From a virus, in IMG/VR virus record IMGVR_UViG_3300032285_003287, positions 17,718-81,717 of that record: a stretch of DNA of 64,000 nt; one strand, given 5' to 3'. Both the position numbers and the translations under genes were made by a program. The notes under the pieces are model-generated. The model was given only the letters and a program-made list of their open reading frames with translations. It had not been told where the DNA came from and ran no database searches. Positions 1-7,344 of this stretch are shown piece after piece; position 1 is the first letter of the stretch; each line of letters starts with the position of its first letter.

Positions 1-442
1 AAATACATTTAGATACTTCCTTGAGACATTTTTCCCAATTCATCTTTAATAAAAAGCTTAGATTCATTGGCGTCTCCTTTTTAGATGGGTCTAAATGATG
101 AAAATCTAATGCCGCCAAATTTTTATTGTAATCACATTTGCTACATTTTCCACCCAACTGATTAACGAGATCTTTCTTTCTCTGTATAGCACGATCTTTT
201 TGTTGTTTATACCATCTACCGGCTTTTTTCATGGTACATGATCTAGAACAATAAATAGTTTGATTGCCTTCTAATTTTTTTGAACAGATTACGCAGTTTT
301 TTCTTTTACCTATGCTTCGTGTATTGTGATGTCCCCAAGGGGAGCATTCTAAACAAAACTTTCTTGCACCCAAATTCTTTTTTACTCCATCTATTTTACA
401 ACAAGATGAAAAACTCCTTTGACAGTTAGCGCAAATCTTCAT
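1..442 (-). CDS. HNH endonuclease with N-terminal Cys-rich zinc-binding region (3' end runs off window)
   Basis: Hand translation from ATG at 442: MKICANCQRSF...FCLECSPWGHHN...LGGKCSKCDYNKNLAALDFHHLDPSKKE...EVSKCI. The GGKC..C.Y...LDFHH.DP..K pattern is typical of phage HNH proteins. Not in the ORF track because it is open at the edge. Confidence 0.8.
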   Translation of the reverse strand, partial: MKICANCQRSFSSCCKIDGVKKNLGARKFCLECSPWGHHNTRSIGKRKNCVICSKKLEGNQTIYCSRSCTMKKAGRWYKQQKDRAIQRKKDLVNQLGGKCSKCDYNKNLAALDFHHLDPSKKETPMNLSFLLKMNWEKCLKEVSKCI

Positions 443-494
443 ATAATGATATTACACTTGAATTAACCATTCATCCAAAAAACTAATTAAAATT

Positions 495-686
495 ATGCAC
501 TATTGGCAAAACCCATCTATCACTAAAACTCAAACCTCACTACCCAAGTTTAGGGCAAAGCGTCCTAAGGGACTAACGGACGAGGAATGGGATGCGATTG
601 TCGCAGAGGCGCGACTGAACAAGCAGTTGGTTCTGGATTGCGTCCCCAAGATCTCTAAAAAAGAGTTTGCGCCCAAGGACAAGTAG
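495..686 (+). CDS. hypothetical protein, 63 aa
   Basis: ATG ORF between the HNH gene and the tRNA cluster; no recognisable motif. Confidence 0.45.
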   Translation: MHYWQNPSITKTQTSLPKFRAKRPKGLTDEEWDAIVAEARLNKQLVLDCVPKISKKEFAPKDK

Positions 687-703
687 TTGTAGTATGATAC
701 TAT

Positions 704-779
704 GGCTGTGTAGTCCAACGGCAGAGACAAGCGACTTAAAATCGCTCCAGTATCGGTTCGAATCCGATCACAGCTACCA
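704..779 (+). tRNA. tRNA-Leu(TAA), short variable loop
   Basis: Acceptor GGCTGTG/CACAGCT, discriminator A, encoded CCA; anticodon arm AGCGA-CTTAAAA-TCGCT; T-loop GGTTCGAATCC. Confidence 0.9.
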
Positions 780-791
780 AATATAAATTTC

Positions 792-864
792 GCCCTTGTA
801 GCTCAATGGTCAGAGCAGTCGGCTCATAACTGATTGGTTGGGGGTTCAAATCCCTCCGGGGGCA
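792..864 (+). tRNA. tRNA with CAT anticodon, most likely Ile2 (lysidine) rather than Met
   Basis: Acceptor GCCCTTG/CGGGGGC; anticodon arm GTCGG-CTCATAA-CTGAT; GGTTCAAATCC; resembles bacterial ileX-type tRNA; no encoded CCA. Confidence 0.85.
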
Positions 865-868
865 CTAT

Positions 869-944
869 GCGTCGGTAGCTCAGTGGATAGAGCAGGAGTT
901 TTCTAAACTCTTGGTCGCAGGTTCGATCCCTGCCCGATGCGCCA
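869..944 (+). tRNA. tRNA-Arg(TCT)
   Basis: Acceptor GCGTCGG/CCGATGC, G73, CCA; anticodon arm GGAGT-TTTCTAA-ACTCT; D-loop GGATA carries the A20 Arg determinant. Confidence 0.9.
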
Positions 945-949
945 CTCTT

Positions 950-1025
950 GGAACCATAACTCAGCTGGTAGAGTATCGGACTTTTAATCCGTTAGTCGTG
1001 GGTTCGAGCCCCACTGGTTCCACCA
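950..1025 (+). tRNA. tRNA-Lys(TTT)
   Basis: Acceptor GGAACCA/TGGTTCC, A, CCA; anticodon loop CTTTTAA; GGTTCGAGCCC. Confidence 0.92.
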
Positions 1026-1026
1026 T

Positions 1027-1100
1027 GCGTCGTTAGCCAAGCGGTTAGGCGGAGGTCTGCAAAACCTCTTAGATTGGTTCGACTCCAATACGGCGCTCCA
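1027..1100 (+). tRNA. tRNA-Cys(GCA)
   Basis: Acceptor GCGTCGT/ACGGCGC, U73, CCA; anticodon arm GAGGT-CTGCAAA-ACCTC. Confidence 0.92.
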
Positions 1101-1174
1101 TTTGCTTGATAACCAACCACTTACACGACCGGGCCCCGCCGGGCGGCGTAACCCGCTCACCACAAACGAGTTAC
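1098..1174 (-). repeat. composite intergenic element copy A (27-bp box / GC hairpin / 27-bp box), inverted orientation
   Basis: Box 1098-1124 ends ...AACCACTTAC; 23-nt spacer contains CCGGGCCCCGCC; box 1148-1174 is GTAACCCGCTCACCACAAACGAGTTAC. Confidence 0.85.
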
Positions 1175-1188
1175 GCCTATTCCCAACC

Positions 1189-1944
1189 CTATTTCTCTAA
1201 CACAAAACTCCAGTAGCGGCTATCCGTGTAGCCTTGGTTGCGATCCCACCAGATGCAACGGGCAACATAGGAACTAACATTCCACATTTTGCACATTTGA
1301 ATCCAATGACGCTCCATAGCGTGATACTGCTTGCTATCCTTGGACTGATCCAACCCGAATAGCTGGAACAAGTGAGTGTCCATACAAGTAACTTCGGCAA
1401 TAGAAGGATAAACCATCTCAAGTGAGAAGCTAACCTTTGCCATACCAAGGCCAAGAACATTCTTGACCAGACGATCACGAAACTCTACCCAAGATTCGTC
1501 ATCAGCTTTCTTGTAGAAATCAAGATTAGCCCAATAGTGTTCAGCAAACGCAGTAATGAATTTAGTACGATTTTTATGGAGGCCAGCACCACTCTCTACG
1601 ATCCTACGCTCAAGCTCCTCTGGCTTATTGAGCCACTCCCACCAGTTACGGATCATTAGGTATCCGTTAATGTTGGAACGCCATGAGGTATGAACGCTCA
1701 TAAAGGCAAACAACCAACGCTGAAACACTTCGGACGCATTACGAGGAACAACGCTGTCCCAATACTCCGAATACTCCTTGATCTCGCTGTCTAAAATTGA
1801 ATTAAAAAACTTATCTACTTTCGTAGTATTAAGGCTAGGGCGGCTAGTAGGGATGATATGATAAGCATTATCCCAGAATCTTGATTGTTCTGTTGCATTG
1901 TTATTAGGAGTTGAGATTGCGTTGCCGATGAAGTCGAGTTGCAT
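1189..1944 (-). CDS. HhH-GPD superfamily DNA glycosylase-like protein (Ogg/EndoIII-like)
   Basis: HhH-like LVKNVLGLGMAKVSFSLEM followed by catalytic-Asp motif CMDTHL. Confidence 0.7.
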   Translation of the reverse strand: MQLDFIGNAISTPNNNATEQSRFWDNAYHIIPTSRPSLNTTKVDKFFNSILDSEIKEYSEYWDSVVPRNASEVFQRWLFAFMSVHTSWRSNINGYLMIRNWWEWLNKPEELERRIVESGAGLHKNRTKFITAFAEHYWANLDFYKKADDESWVEFRDRLVKNVLGLGMAKVSFSLEMVYPSIAEVTCMDTHLFQLFGLDQSKDSKQYHAMERHWIQMCKMWNVSSYVARCIWWDRNQGYTDSRYWSFVLEK

Positions 1945-2019
1945 GGTGTTGTGGTGTTGTGGGTGAGATCCTATACTCGCATTTTTTGGTCTGCACTACA
2001 AGAACTATTTTTACAATTT

Positions 2020-2096
2020 GTAACCCCTTACATATCAATGACTTATGGCGCCGGGCGGGGAGAGCCTTTGTAACCCCTTAATTAAGAATGACTTAT
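2020..2096 (+). repeat. composite intergenic element copy B (two 27-bp boxes flanking a GC box)
   Basis: GTAACCCCTTACATATCAATGACTTAT, 23 nt (GGCGCCGGGCGGGGAGAGCCTTT), GTAACCCCTTAATTAAGAATGACTTAT; same 27-23-27 geometry as copy A. Confidence 0.85.
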
Positions 2097-2320
2097 AAAA
2101 AAGAGATCCCTGCTCCCCCGTCGGGGACTATCTCTATGAGATTCGGCATTTGCAACTGCACAGGGATTTAGTTGATGTTCCCCCCACCAACCAGAGGATC
2201 TATGTTTCCCCCATAGACAGAGGTTTGCTCTCTGCTTTTTTTCCCGTTGATCGTGCGGGATACCGACTTGAGACGGTTTGAGGATTGCTCGTCGCATTTG
2301 CCCCCAAGTAGCATTACAAC
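2097..2320 (-). ncRNA. candidate multi-hairpin structured RNA, about 225 nt, ending in a U tract
   Basis: Minus-strand stems: ACTTGGGG/TCTCAAGT, TCCCG/CGGGA, GCAGAG/CTCTGT, CTATG/CATAG, GTTGGTG/CATCAAC, and ATCCCTG/CAGGGAT closing three small hairpins; then TTTTTT. Confidence 0.5.
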
Positions 2321-2323
2321 TTT

Positions 2324-2896
2324 CTATACTTTGGCATAACTTTTCCAGATGGTCAAGTCTAAATCTGCAGGAGATAGCTCCCGCTTCCAAGCTTCAGTTA
2401 AAAAGAGTTGCTCAAGAAGACCATACTTCTTTTTAGATGGTGTAGTCTTTGGAGCATCGTAACCCTGCTCACGCAACCACTTTAGAATATGCGTGTCAAG
2501 AACCGCAACCTTAGCTTCTTTCCTAGAGTGTAGAATAAAGAACCTTGCAGTCTTGGGGCCAATACCTTTAACGGACTCCAAATCTTGTACGGTTATGGTC
2601 TTGAGCTTATAAGCAAAATCAACAATACCTTGAAATGCAGTCTTTAGCCTATTGTATTGACCTAGCTTGTGCCGCTTCATTTCTGTCATTAAAGCATTAT
2701 CAATTAGTAATGCATTAATATATTCAAATGGTGAGTGATTGCTATAACCCCTGTCTATTTTTGTGGACAAAAACTCTTCTAGCTTCTGCGCTTGAGTCTT
2801 TGCGGTCTTGCCAGCAACAAGGATGGCAAACATAAGAAACTCTTCTAATTCTGATTCGGTACGATTGAAGTCGGTAATCTTTTCTGGAACGATCAT
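2324..2896 (-). CDS. HhH-GPD DNA glycosylase/AP lyase (Ogg-like)
   Basis: LESVKGIGPKTARFFILHS (HhH with catalytic Lys) plus AVLDTHILKWL; C-terminal DLDLTIW as in Ogg2-type enzymes. Confidence 0.85.
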   Translation of the reverse strand: MIVPEKITDFNRTESELEEFLMFAILVAGKTAKTQAQKLEEFLSTKIDRGYSNHSPFEYINALLIDNALMTEMKRHKLGQYNRLKTAFQGIVDFAYKLKTITVQDLESVKGIGPKTARFFILHSRKEAKVAVLDTHILKWLREQGYDAPKTTPSKKKYGLLEQLFLTEAWKRELSPADLDLTIWKSYAKV

Positions 2897-2962
2897 GGTG
2901 TAGTGTGGTTAAGGTTTATGGGCGCAGGGCATCGAGAGCTACTTCCGCTAACCCTATAAAAT

Positions 2963-3118
2963 TTATTGTTTGATAAGATACTGGTAGAATCGACCCTGAC
3001 GCTTGAGTTGCTGAAGGTAATTCTCATGCGTGACATCATGCATATGCATAAGCAACAGAGAAGGCTTGCGATACTCGAATCCGAGTAGGTTTAGGATGAT
3101 GGTGATAGGGTCTTTCAT
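2963..3118 (-). CDS. hypothetical 51-aa protein, leaderless
   Basis: Hand-translated MKDPITIILNLLGFEYRKPS...YQYLIKQ; ATG is 6 nt after the -10 of a TTGACA-17-TAAACT promoter. Confidence 0.7.
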   Translation of the reverse strand: MKDPITIILNLLGFEYRKPSLLLMHMHDVTHENYLQQLKRQGRFYQYLIKQ

Positions 3119-3124
3119 TTTTAT

Positions 3125-3153
3125 AGTTTATTCTTTTTTGCCATGCGTGTCAA
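3125..3153 (-). promoter_or_regulatory. sigma70-type promoter TTGACA-17-TAAACT (leaderless)
   Basis: -35 at 3148-3153, -10 at 3125-3130, ATG 6 nt downstream. Confidence 0.75.
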
Positions 3154-3366
3154 CTACATCACACAATTATTTTCACTGATAAGTTCCCAAAGTTTCTCTT
3201 GAGCCATTTCCATACCCTTAATAGAGTCATAGTCATCAGAGTGTTTTATATGTTGTCTCATATAATGCTCCATATTCGTTACGACTATCTTCCAATCCAG
3301 TCCCTTGCAGGACGCTTCAAATAGATCTTGTTCTTCGGGTAGGGTGAATTTTAAAATTGCTTCCAT
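3154..3366 (-). CDS. hypothetical phage protein, 70 aa (MEAILKFTLPEEQ...)
   Basis: ATG at 3366 preferred over the TTG start in the track; the N-terminus A.L.F.LPE is of a type common in phage ORFs. Confidence 0.65.
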   Translation of the reverse strand: MEAILKFTLPEEQDLFEASCKGLDWKIVVTNMEHYMRQHIKHSDDYDSIKGMEMAQEKLWELISENNCVM

Positions 3367-3563
3367 GGTCTGCCATTTATAAAACAACTTGAGCAAATAG
3401 TCAATGCGTATTTGCTACCGAGATTTTTAGTAAATAGGCTCGGGATTTACGCCCGATATCCCCCTAAATAGCAATTTCTGGGTATCCCTGTCCCCTAACA
3501 TCAGAAACTAATATCGTTTCTGTGCTACTAACTTGATGGATTGTTTGTATTTCCACTATTATT

Positions 3564-3592
3564 AGTATACTACTATTTGGGATGCTTGTCAA
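3564..3592 (-). promoter_or_regulatory. near-consensus sigma70 promoter TTGACA-17-TATACT
   Basis: -35 at 3587-3592, -10 at 3564-3569; abuts the 27-bp box of element C. Confidence 0.8.
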
Positions 3593-3597
3593 GCACT

Positions 3598-3660
3598 GTA
3601 TCTTGTTGATAATCAGGCACTTACGCGACCGGGCCCCGCCCGGCCTGCCTTGTATTACAT
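3598..3660 (-). repeat. composite intergenic element copy C, inverted orientation
   Basis: Box GTATCTTGTTGATAATCAGGCACTTAC (3598-3624), 4 nt, CCGGGCCCCGCCCGG, then TTGTATTAC. Confidence 0.85.
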
Positions 3661-3730
3661 TACCATATTCCCCGAATACAATGACAGGCGACGAGACCCA
3701 AGAACAGAAGTATTACAATGTATCGGTTCT

Positions 3731-3940
3731 TCATACAGCGTCCTCCGATCCGCCGAAGAGCTGATCCCACTCCTCGCCTGTGATGCCGGTCTTGTAGAAC
3801 TCGCGCTCGTCGGCGTTGAGGTTGGGGAACGCGTTCTGGAGAAGCGCGCCGTTGGCGTAGGCCTCGACTTGGGCCTCGGTAATGTTGAGGTCGAGGGTGC
3901 GGGTGATCTTACTGAAAGGTGAGGTACGGGTTACTTTCAT
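3731..3940 (-). CDS. conserved-type phage hypothetical protein, 69 aa, leaderless
   Basis: G.LLQNAFPNL.ADEREF..TGIT.EEW pattern recalled from phage ORFs; GC-rich codon usage; TATGAT 6 nt before ATG. Confidence 0.75.
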   Translation of the reverse strand: MKVTRTSPFSKITRTLDLNITEAQVEAYANGALLQNAFPNLNADEREFYKTGITGEEWDQLFGGSEDAV

Positions 3941-4016
3941 ATGATCATCATACTACAATTTGCCCATATCACAACAAAAATCTTCTATGAATAAAAATTT
4001 ATTTTTAATAAAAAGC

Positions 4017-4092
4017 TTGACACATCTCTTGTCTTACTATACAATACCGGGCGGGGCCCGGCGCTGTAAGTCCTTGATCTTCAACCACTTAG
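4017..4092 (+). repeat. composite intergenic element copy D with rightward TTGACA-17-TACAAT promoter
   Basis: TTGACA 4017-4022, TACAAT 4040-4045, CCGGGCGGGGCCCGG 4047-4061, box GTAAGTCCTTGATCTTCAACCACTTAG 4066-4092. Confidence 0.9.
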
Positions 4093-4134
4093 GGAGGCGG
4101 CCCAATTGCCGCCCCCCTATGTTAGTTGCCGATG

Positions 4135-4935
4135 TTAGGCAGTCACGATCACTGCCTCGGCCTCCTCCGCCTGTGCCTCGACCGCTTGCTGGGCCGCGAT
4201 GCCTGCCAGAGGATCAAGCAGGGCGTGGAGAGCGTCCGACCGACGAGGCAATGCCATTGCATTACCGCGCAGGACATTGGTGAAGGCGTTATGCAGGCCC
4301 CAGAGGTTGCGCTCGGAACCCCAAACATCGTGTTCGGGTTCGTGCCACTGGGACACCACATCGGCGAGCGCAGTCTTGGAGACCGCGCCGCAACGATAGG
4401 CCTTCACGATCAGATCGTGAGCGTCCCTGTCCGCAATCGTGCAGGACTGGTAGGCCTCGACGCGCTTGGCGTGATTGCCCCATGCGCTGGTGAGCTTACC
4501 GAACGCGCCAGCGAGGAGCATCGGAAGATCGCGCAGGATGAACTTTGTGTGACGACGAGCGATCTTGATCTCGTTGTGGAAGGCGAGGTTGTCGCAGACG
4601 AAAGGCGCGGAGCCAGCGTTGATGCCAGCAGGGAACGACTTGTCGTGCGAGTTACGCAGACCAATCACAGTTCCAACAGTCTCGGCAAGCGAGAAGTTCT
4701 TGAGGCCTCCGACCTGAAACAGGCCAAAGTACCGCTGACCATCACGAGCGAGAGCGTGACGCTCCTGCACGATTTCGAGGCCAGCAGTGTTGACGACTTC
4801 GCGCAGGCCTTCGACCAAGCGCGAGTGAGGGATCGGATGCCACGAATCAGTGGAGTTCGGGGTGATGGAGTTGGCGACCTGCTCCGTGGAGACTTCGTGA
4901 CCGCCGCAGTGTAGTGTGAGGTTCAGTGTTTTCAT
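4135..4935 (-). CDS. DUF932-family protein
   Basis: Motifs SWHPIPH, GLRNSHDKSF, FVCDNLAF, RRHT, RNLWGLHNAFT characteristic of DUF932 (plasmid/phage early genes). Confidence 0.85.
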   Translation of the reverse strand: MKTLNLTLHCGGHEVSTEQVANSITPNSTDSWHPIPHSRLVEGLREVVNTAGLEIVQERHALARDGQRYFGLFQVGGLKNFSLAETVGTVIGLRNSHDKSFPAGINAGSAPFVCDNLAFHNEIKIARRHTKFILRDLPMLLAGAFGKLTSAWGNHAKRVEAYQSCTIADRDAHDLIVKAYRCGAVSKTALADVVSQWHEPEHDVWGSERNLWGLHNAFTNVLRGNAMALPRRSDALHALLDPLAGIAAQQAVEAQAEEAEAVIVTA

Positions 4936-5018
4936 GACTCTCTGATCATCCTACTTTTTGGCGTTCGGTACAATACCTTTTTCACAATTTTTTGCGATTT
5001 CTTTTTGTGCGATTTCTG

Positions 5019-5177
5019 TTGACAGTCCGTAGAGCTAGTGTTTACGCGGCTCCATGGCGACCTTTGTCTACAGCCTACCCCCTACCTACAGAGCCAGTAT
5101 CTATGCGGGTCTACAGCGTAAGACAAACCGACCGGGCGGGGCCCGGCTGCGTAAGTCGCTGATATTCAACAACTTAT
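5019..5177 (+). repeat. composite intergenic element copy E (long form)
   Basis: TTGACA 5019; two AG(A/G)GCYAGTRT(T/C)TAYGCGG sub-repeats; GTAAGACAA 5118-5126; GC hairpin 5132-5146; box GTAAGTCGCTGATATTCAACAACTTAT 5151-5177. Confidence 0.9.
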
Positions 5178-5300
5178 GCAGATCCGGTACTGTAATGTTA
5201 AGTTATCGCATTTTCGTTTGTTTTTTTTATTTGTTTTTATTGAAGTGAATTGCAAGCGCTACTAACAAGCATATTAGTATGAAGGTCATGGCGCACGATG

Positions 5301-5984
5301 TTAAGCGGTTGCGATAACAAAGCCGGAATCGTCCTTTTTTCCTTTGCCCTTGGCAACGAGGCCGACGATCACGCCTTTCGGGTCGAGGAATCGGAGATCC
5401 GTTTCGTCACCATTCACGACAGGCTTGCCGAGATAGGTTTCGGGAAGTTTGCCAGCAAACACGGCGGCGATGTTTCCCGTTGTCTTGGCGAATAGTTCGA
5501 CAAGGTGTTGATTGTTCTCCTTGCGTGAGAAAGTCAGGTGATAGTTTTCGGGAAGCTCGCCGTTAATGAAAGCAATCATGCGCTTGGGATTTGGCGTGTA
5601 GTCATAAAAGGTGACTTCAGGAAAAGCCCTCATGTCGATCAGATTTTCCCACGGCAGATCGGAGAGGACATTCAACCGCACGGCAAGTTTCATGCTTTTC
5701 TTTTTCGCGTTCTTAATGGCAAGAGAGAGTTCCTTTTTAAGTTGGGCAAGGAAAGCGTCTTTCTGTTCTATGAAGTAACGGGATTTTTTGAATCGTGCCT
5801 CTTGAACATTAGAAAACGCGCCCATGCCCGAAGTGTTGAGACAAGCGGCGGCGCAACCTTCCGAAGCGTGAGAGCAAAAGTTTTTTCCCGAAAGATTGTA
5901 GGGAATGAGAGACAGGCCAAGCGTGAGCCAACCGAGTTTTTCGCCTTTGCGGATTTTTGTGTTGTTTGGTGATAGGAGTTTCAT
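5301..5984 (-). CDS. Gp88-like (gene product 88 family) putative Fe-S/radical-SAM-like protein
   Basis: N.K..K...C..AS.GCAAACL Cys triad, RLNVLSD, FYDYT, NYHLTFS, GD.TDLRFLD, VGL.AKG; start taken at ATG 5984. Confidence 0.8.
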   Translation of the reverse strand: MKLLSPNNTKIRKGEKLGWLTLGLSLIPYNLSGKNFCSHASEGCAAACLNTSGMGAFSNVQEARFKKSRYFIEQKDAFLAQLKKELSLAIKNAKKKSMKLAVRLNVLSDLPWENLIDMRAFPEVTFYDYTPNPKRMIAFINGELPENYHLTFSRKENNQHLVELFAKTTGNIAAVFAGKLPETYLGKPVVNGDETDLRFLDPKGVIVGLVAKGKGKKDDSGFVIATA

Positions 5985-6025
5985 GGTTCTATGATTTTGA
6001 TTATTTTTTGCCGTAGTGTCAACGA

Positions 6026-6532
6026 TCAATTTTCTGGATCCCAATCAGAGGATCCTTCACGGACAGCCATGCCAGCAGGTTCCGTATCCGTTGCCCAACC
6101 CATAAAGTTTTCGCGTGTGATTGCGTCGAGCGTGTCCTGTGCCGCTTGCAGGGCATCAGTCTTGAACTTTTCCGACTTGCCTTTGTATTGCTTGCTGATC
6201 GGAGAATCTTGCCAGAGGCGAATGTTTTCCCATGTAAGACCACGGATGATGTCGGCTTCTGTCGTGAGAAAGTATGCAAAGCTCTCTCCGATGTAGTGAA
6301 GGAACCCATCACCAAGCGTTTGTCCGTTGCTCACCCATCCTCCCTCGTCGTCAATGTTGCTTGTGACATTTGCGCCAGCGATGCCGAGATTAAAGTAGCG
6401 GTTGAAAGATCGTTCAATCTGTGCGCGAGTGCCAGAGAGTCCGAAGGCAAGGCCGTTGCCGTATGAGCTAATGACTTCAGAGGCGAAGGCGTTGGAGGCG
6501 GTGCTAGTGGTTTGGGTTGTGTTGTTTGTCAT
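6026..6532 (-). CDS. hypothetical protein, 168 aa, leaderless
   Basis: ATG 6 nt after TCGCAA-17-TAGTTT. Confidence 0.75.
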   Translation of the reverse strand: MTNNTTQTTSTASNAFASEVISSYGNGLAFGLSGTRAQIERSFNRYFNLGIAGANVTSNIDDEGGWVSNGQTLGDGFLHYIGESFAYFLTTEADIIRGLTWENIRLWQDSPISKQYKGKSEKFKTDALQAAQDTLDAITRENFMGWATDTEPAGMAVREGSSDWDPEN

Positions 6533-6610
6533 GGTTCAAAACTATCCGATGCCGTCACGAATTGCGAGAAGTTTTTTTCGTTTGGGCAAAACTTTTTTAT
6601 GAGAAACTTG

Positions 6611-6769
6611 TTGACAGCCTGCAGGCCCAGTATTTATGCGGCTCCGCGGGCTAGTTCGTCTAGAGCCGGTAGGGTAGCCGCAGAGCCAGTATTTATCAGC
6701 CTTCGACATTGTATGACAACTCGCCGGGCGGGGCCCGGTGCTGTAAGTCGTTGATTTGTAGTGACTTAG
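6611..6769 (+). repeat. composite intergenic element copy F (long form)
   Basis: TTGACA 6611; sub-repeats CAG(G/A)(C/G)CCAGTATTTAT; TTGTATGACAA 6709-6719; GC hairpin 6724-6738; box 6743-6769 contains the stop codon of the neighbouring gene. Confidence 0.9.
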
Positions 6770-7197
6770 AACGATTGAGTCTCTCGGAGGTATGTTAGGC
6801 GGTTATTTGTCATTAAGTAGACCTCTTCTAGCCTCTGAAGTGGACGATTTAATCCTAGGTCGTGAATTGATCCGTTTATGATAGCAAAAGCGTGTTTATT
6901 AGTTGCGACATAGTAGCGACCAGTTGGGTTCTCTTTAATGAACCTCTGAATCGTGATACTTTTGTAACGCTTTTTCTTGTATGTTATGCCATATTCCTTT
7001 TTAGCATATTTAAGTAATTTTTTTGGATCAAATCCATGACCATTTTTTCTACCAGCTTCGCGGCCTATCTTGTGGGCATACTCGTAAGGTATGCCAGCAC
7101 TTGTCGCCAAGGCTCGGATTGTGCAGTCTCTTTGCTCGGCAATTCCAGACTTGAACCTTCCAGAGTCGGAGCAGATTGTTCGTGATTTTAAATCCAT
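6766..7197 (-). CDS. hypothetical protein with DCxxRA...H motif (possible papain-like/C39-like fold)
   Basis: RDCTIRALA...Y...HAFAIING.IHD; Cys/His dyad-like arrangement. Confidence 0.55.
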   Translation of the reverse strand: MDLKSRTICSDSGRFKSGIAEQRDCTIRALATSAGIPYEYAHKIGREAGRKNGHGFDPKKLLKYAKKEYGITYKKKRYKSITIQRFIKENPTGRYYVATNKHAFAIINGSIHDLGLNRPLQRLEEVYLMTNNRLTYLRETQSF

Positions 7198-7344
7198 TTT
7201 TAGAAAGTTGGAGCCCTCCTGAGTGTTTTACGACTTCCTTTTAACTCAGACCTCCAGTGTAGTCGAGAGGCCAGCGGGACTTTGCTGGTTTGGCGTTGGT
7301 GCGTTCCCTATTGCGGGCTTCGTACACCTTTATCACCAAAGATT

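Noticed and set aside
869-944. Amber suppressor tRNA (CTA) or stop-codon recoding
   Set aside because: The 7-nt loop places TCT at 34-36, with Arg identity elements A20/G73; long genes are intact under the standard code and TAG is used as a stop
2900-2962. Riboswitch or ribozyme upstream of the Ogg-like gene
   Set aside because: A stem (UUUAUAGGG/CCCAUAAA) with GCGGAAGU is present, but it lacks the full consensus of ZTP or other families I know
4126-4914. 262-aa plus-strand ORF
   Set aside because: Antisense shadow of the GC-rich DUF932 gene; no motif, promoter or plausible start
7205-7275. Minus-strand tRNA-like element ending in CCA
   Set aside because: Poor acceptor pairing and no T-loop or anticodon arm; kept only as part of a generic structured-RNA candidate
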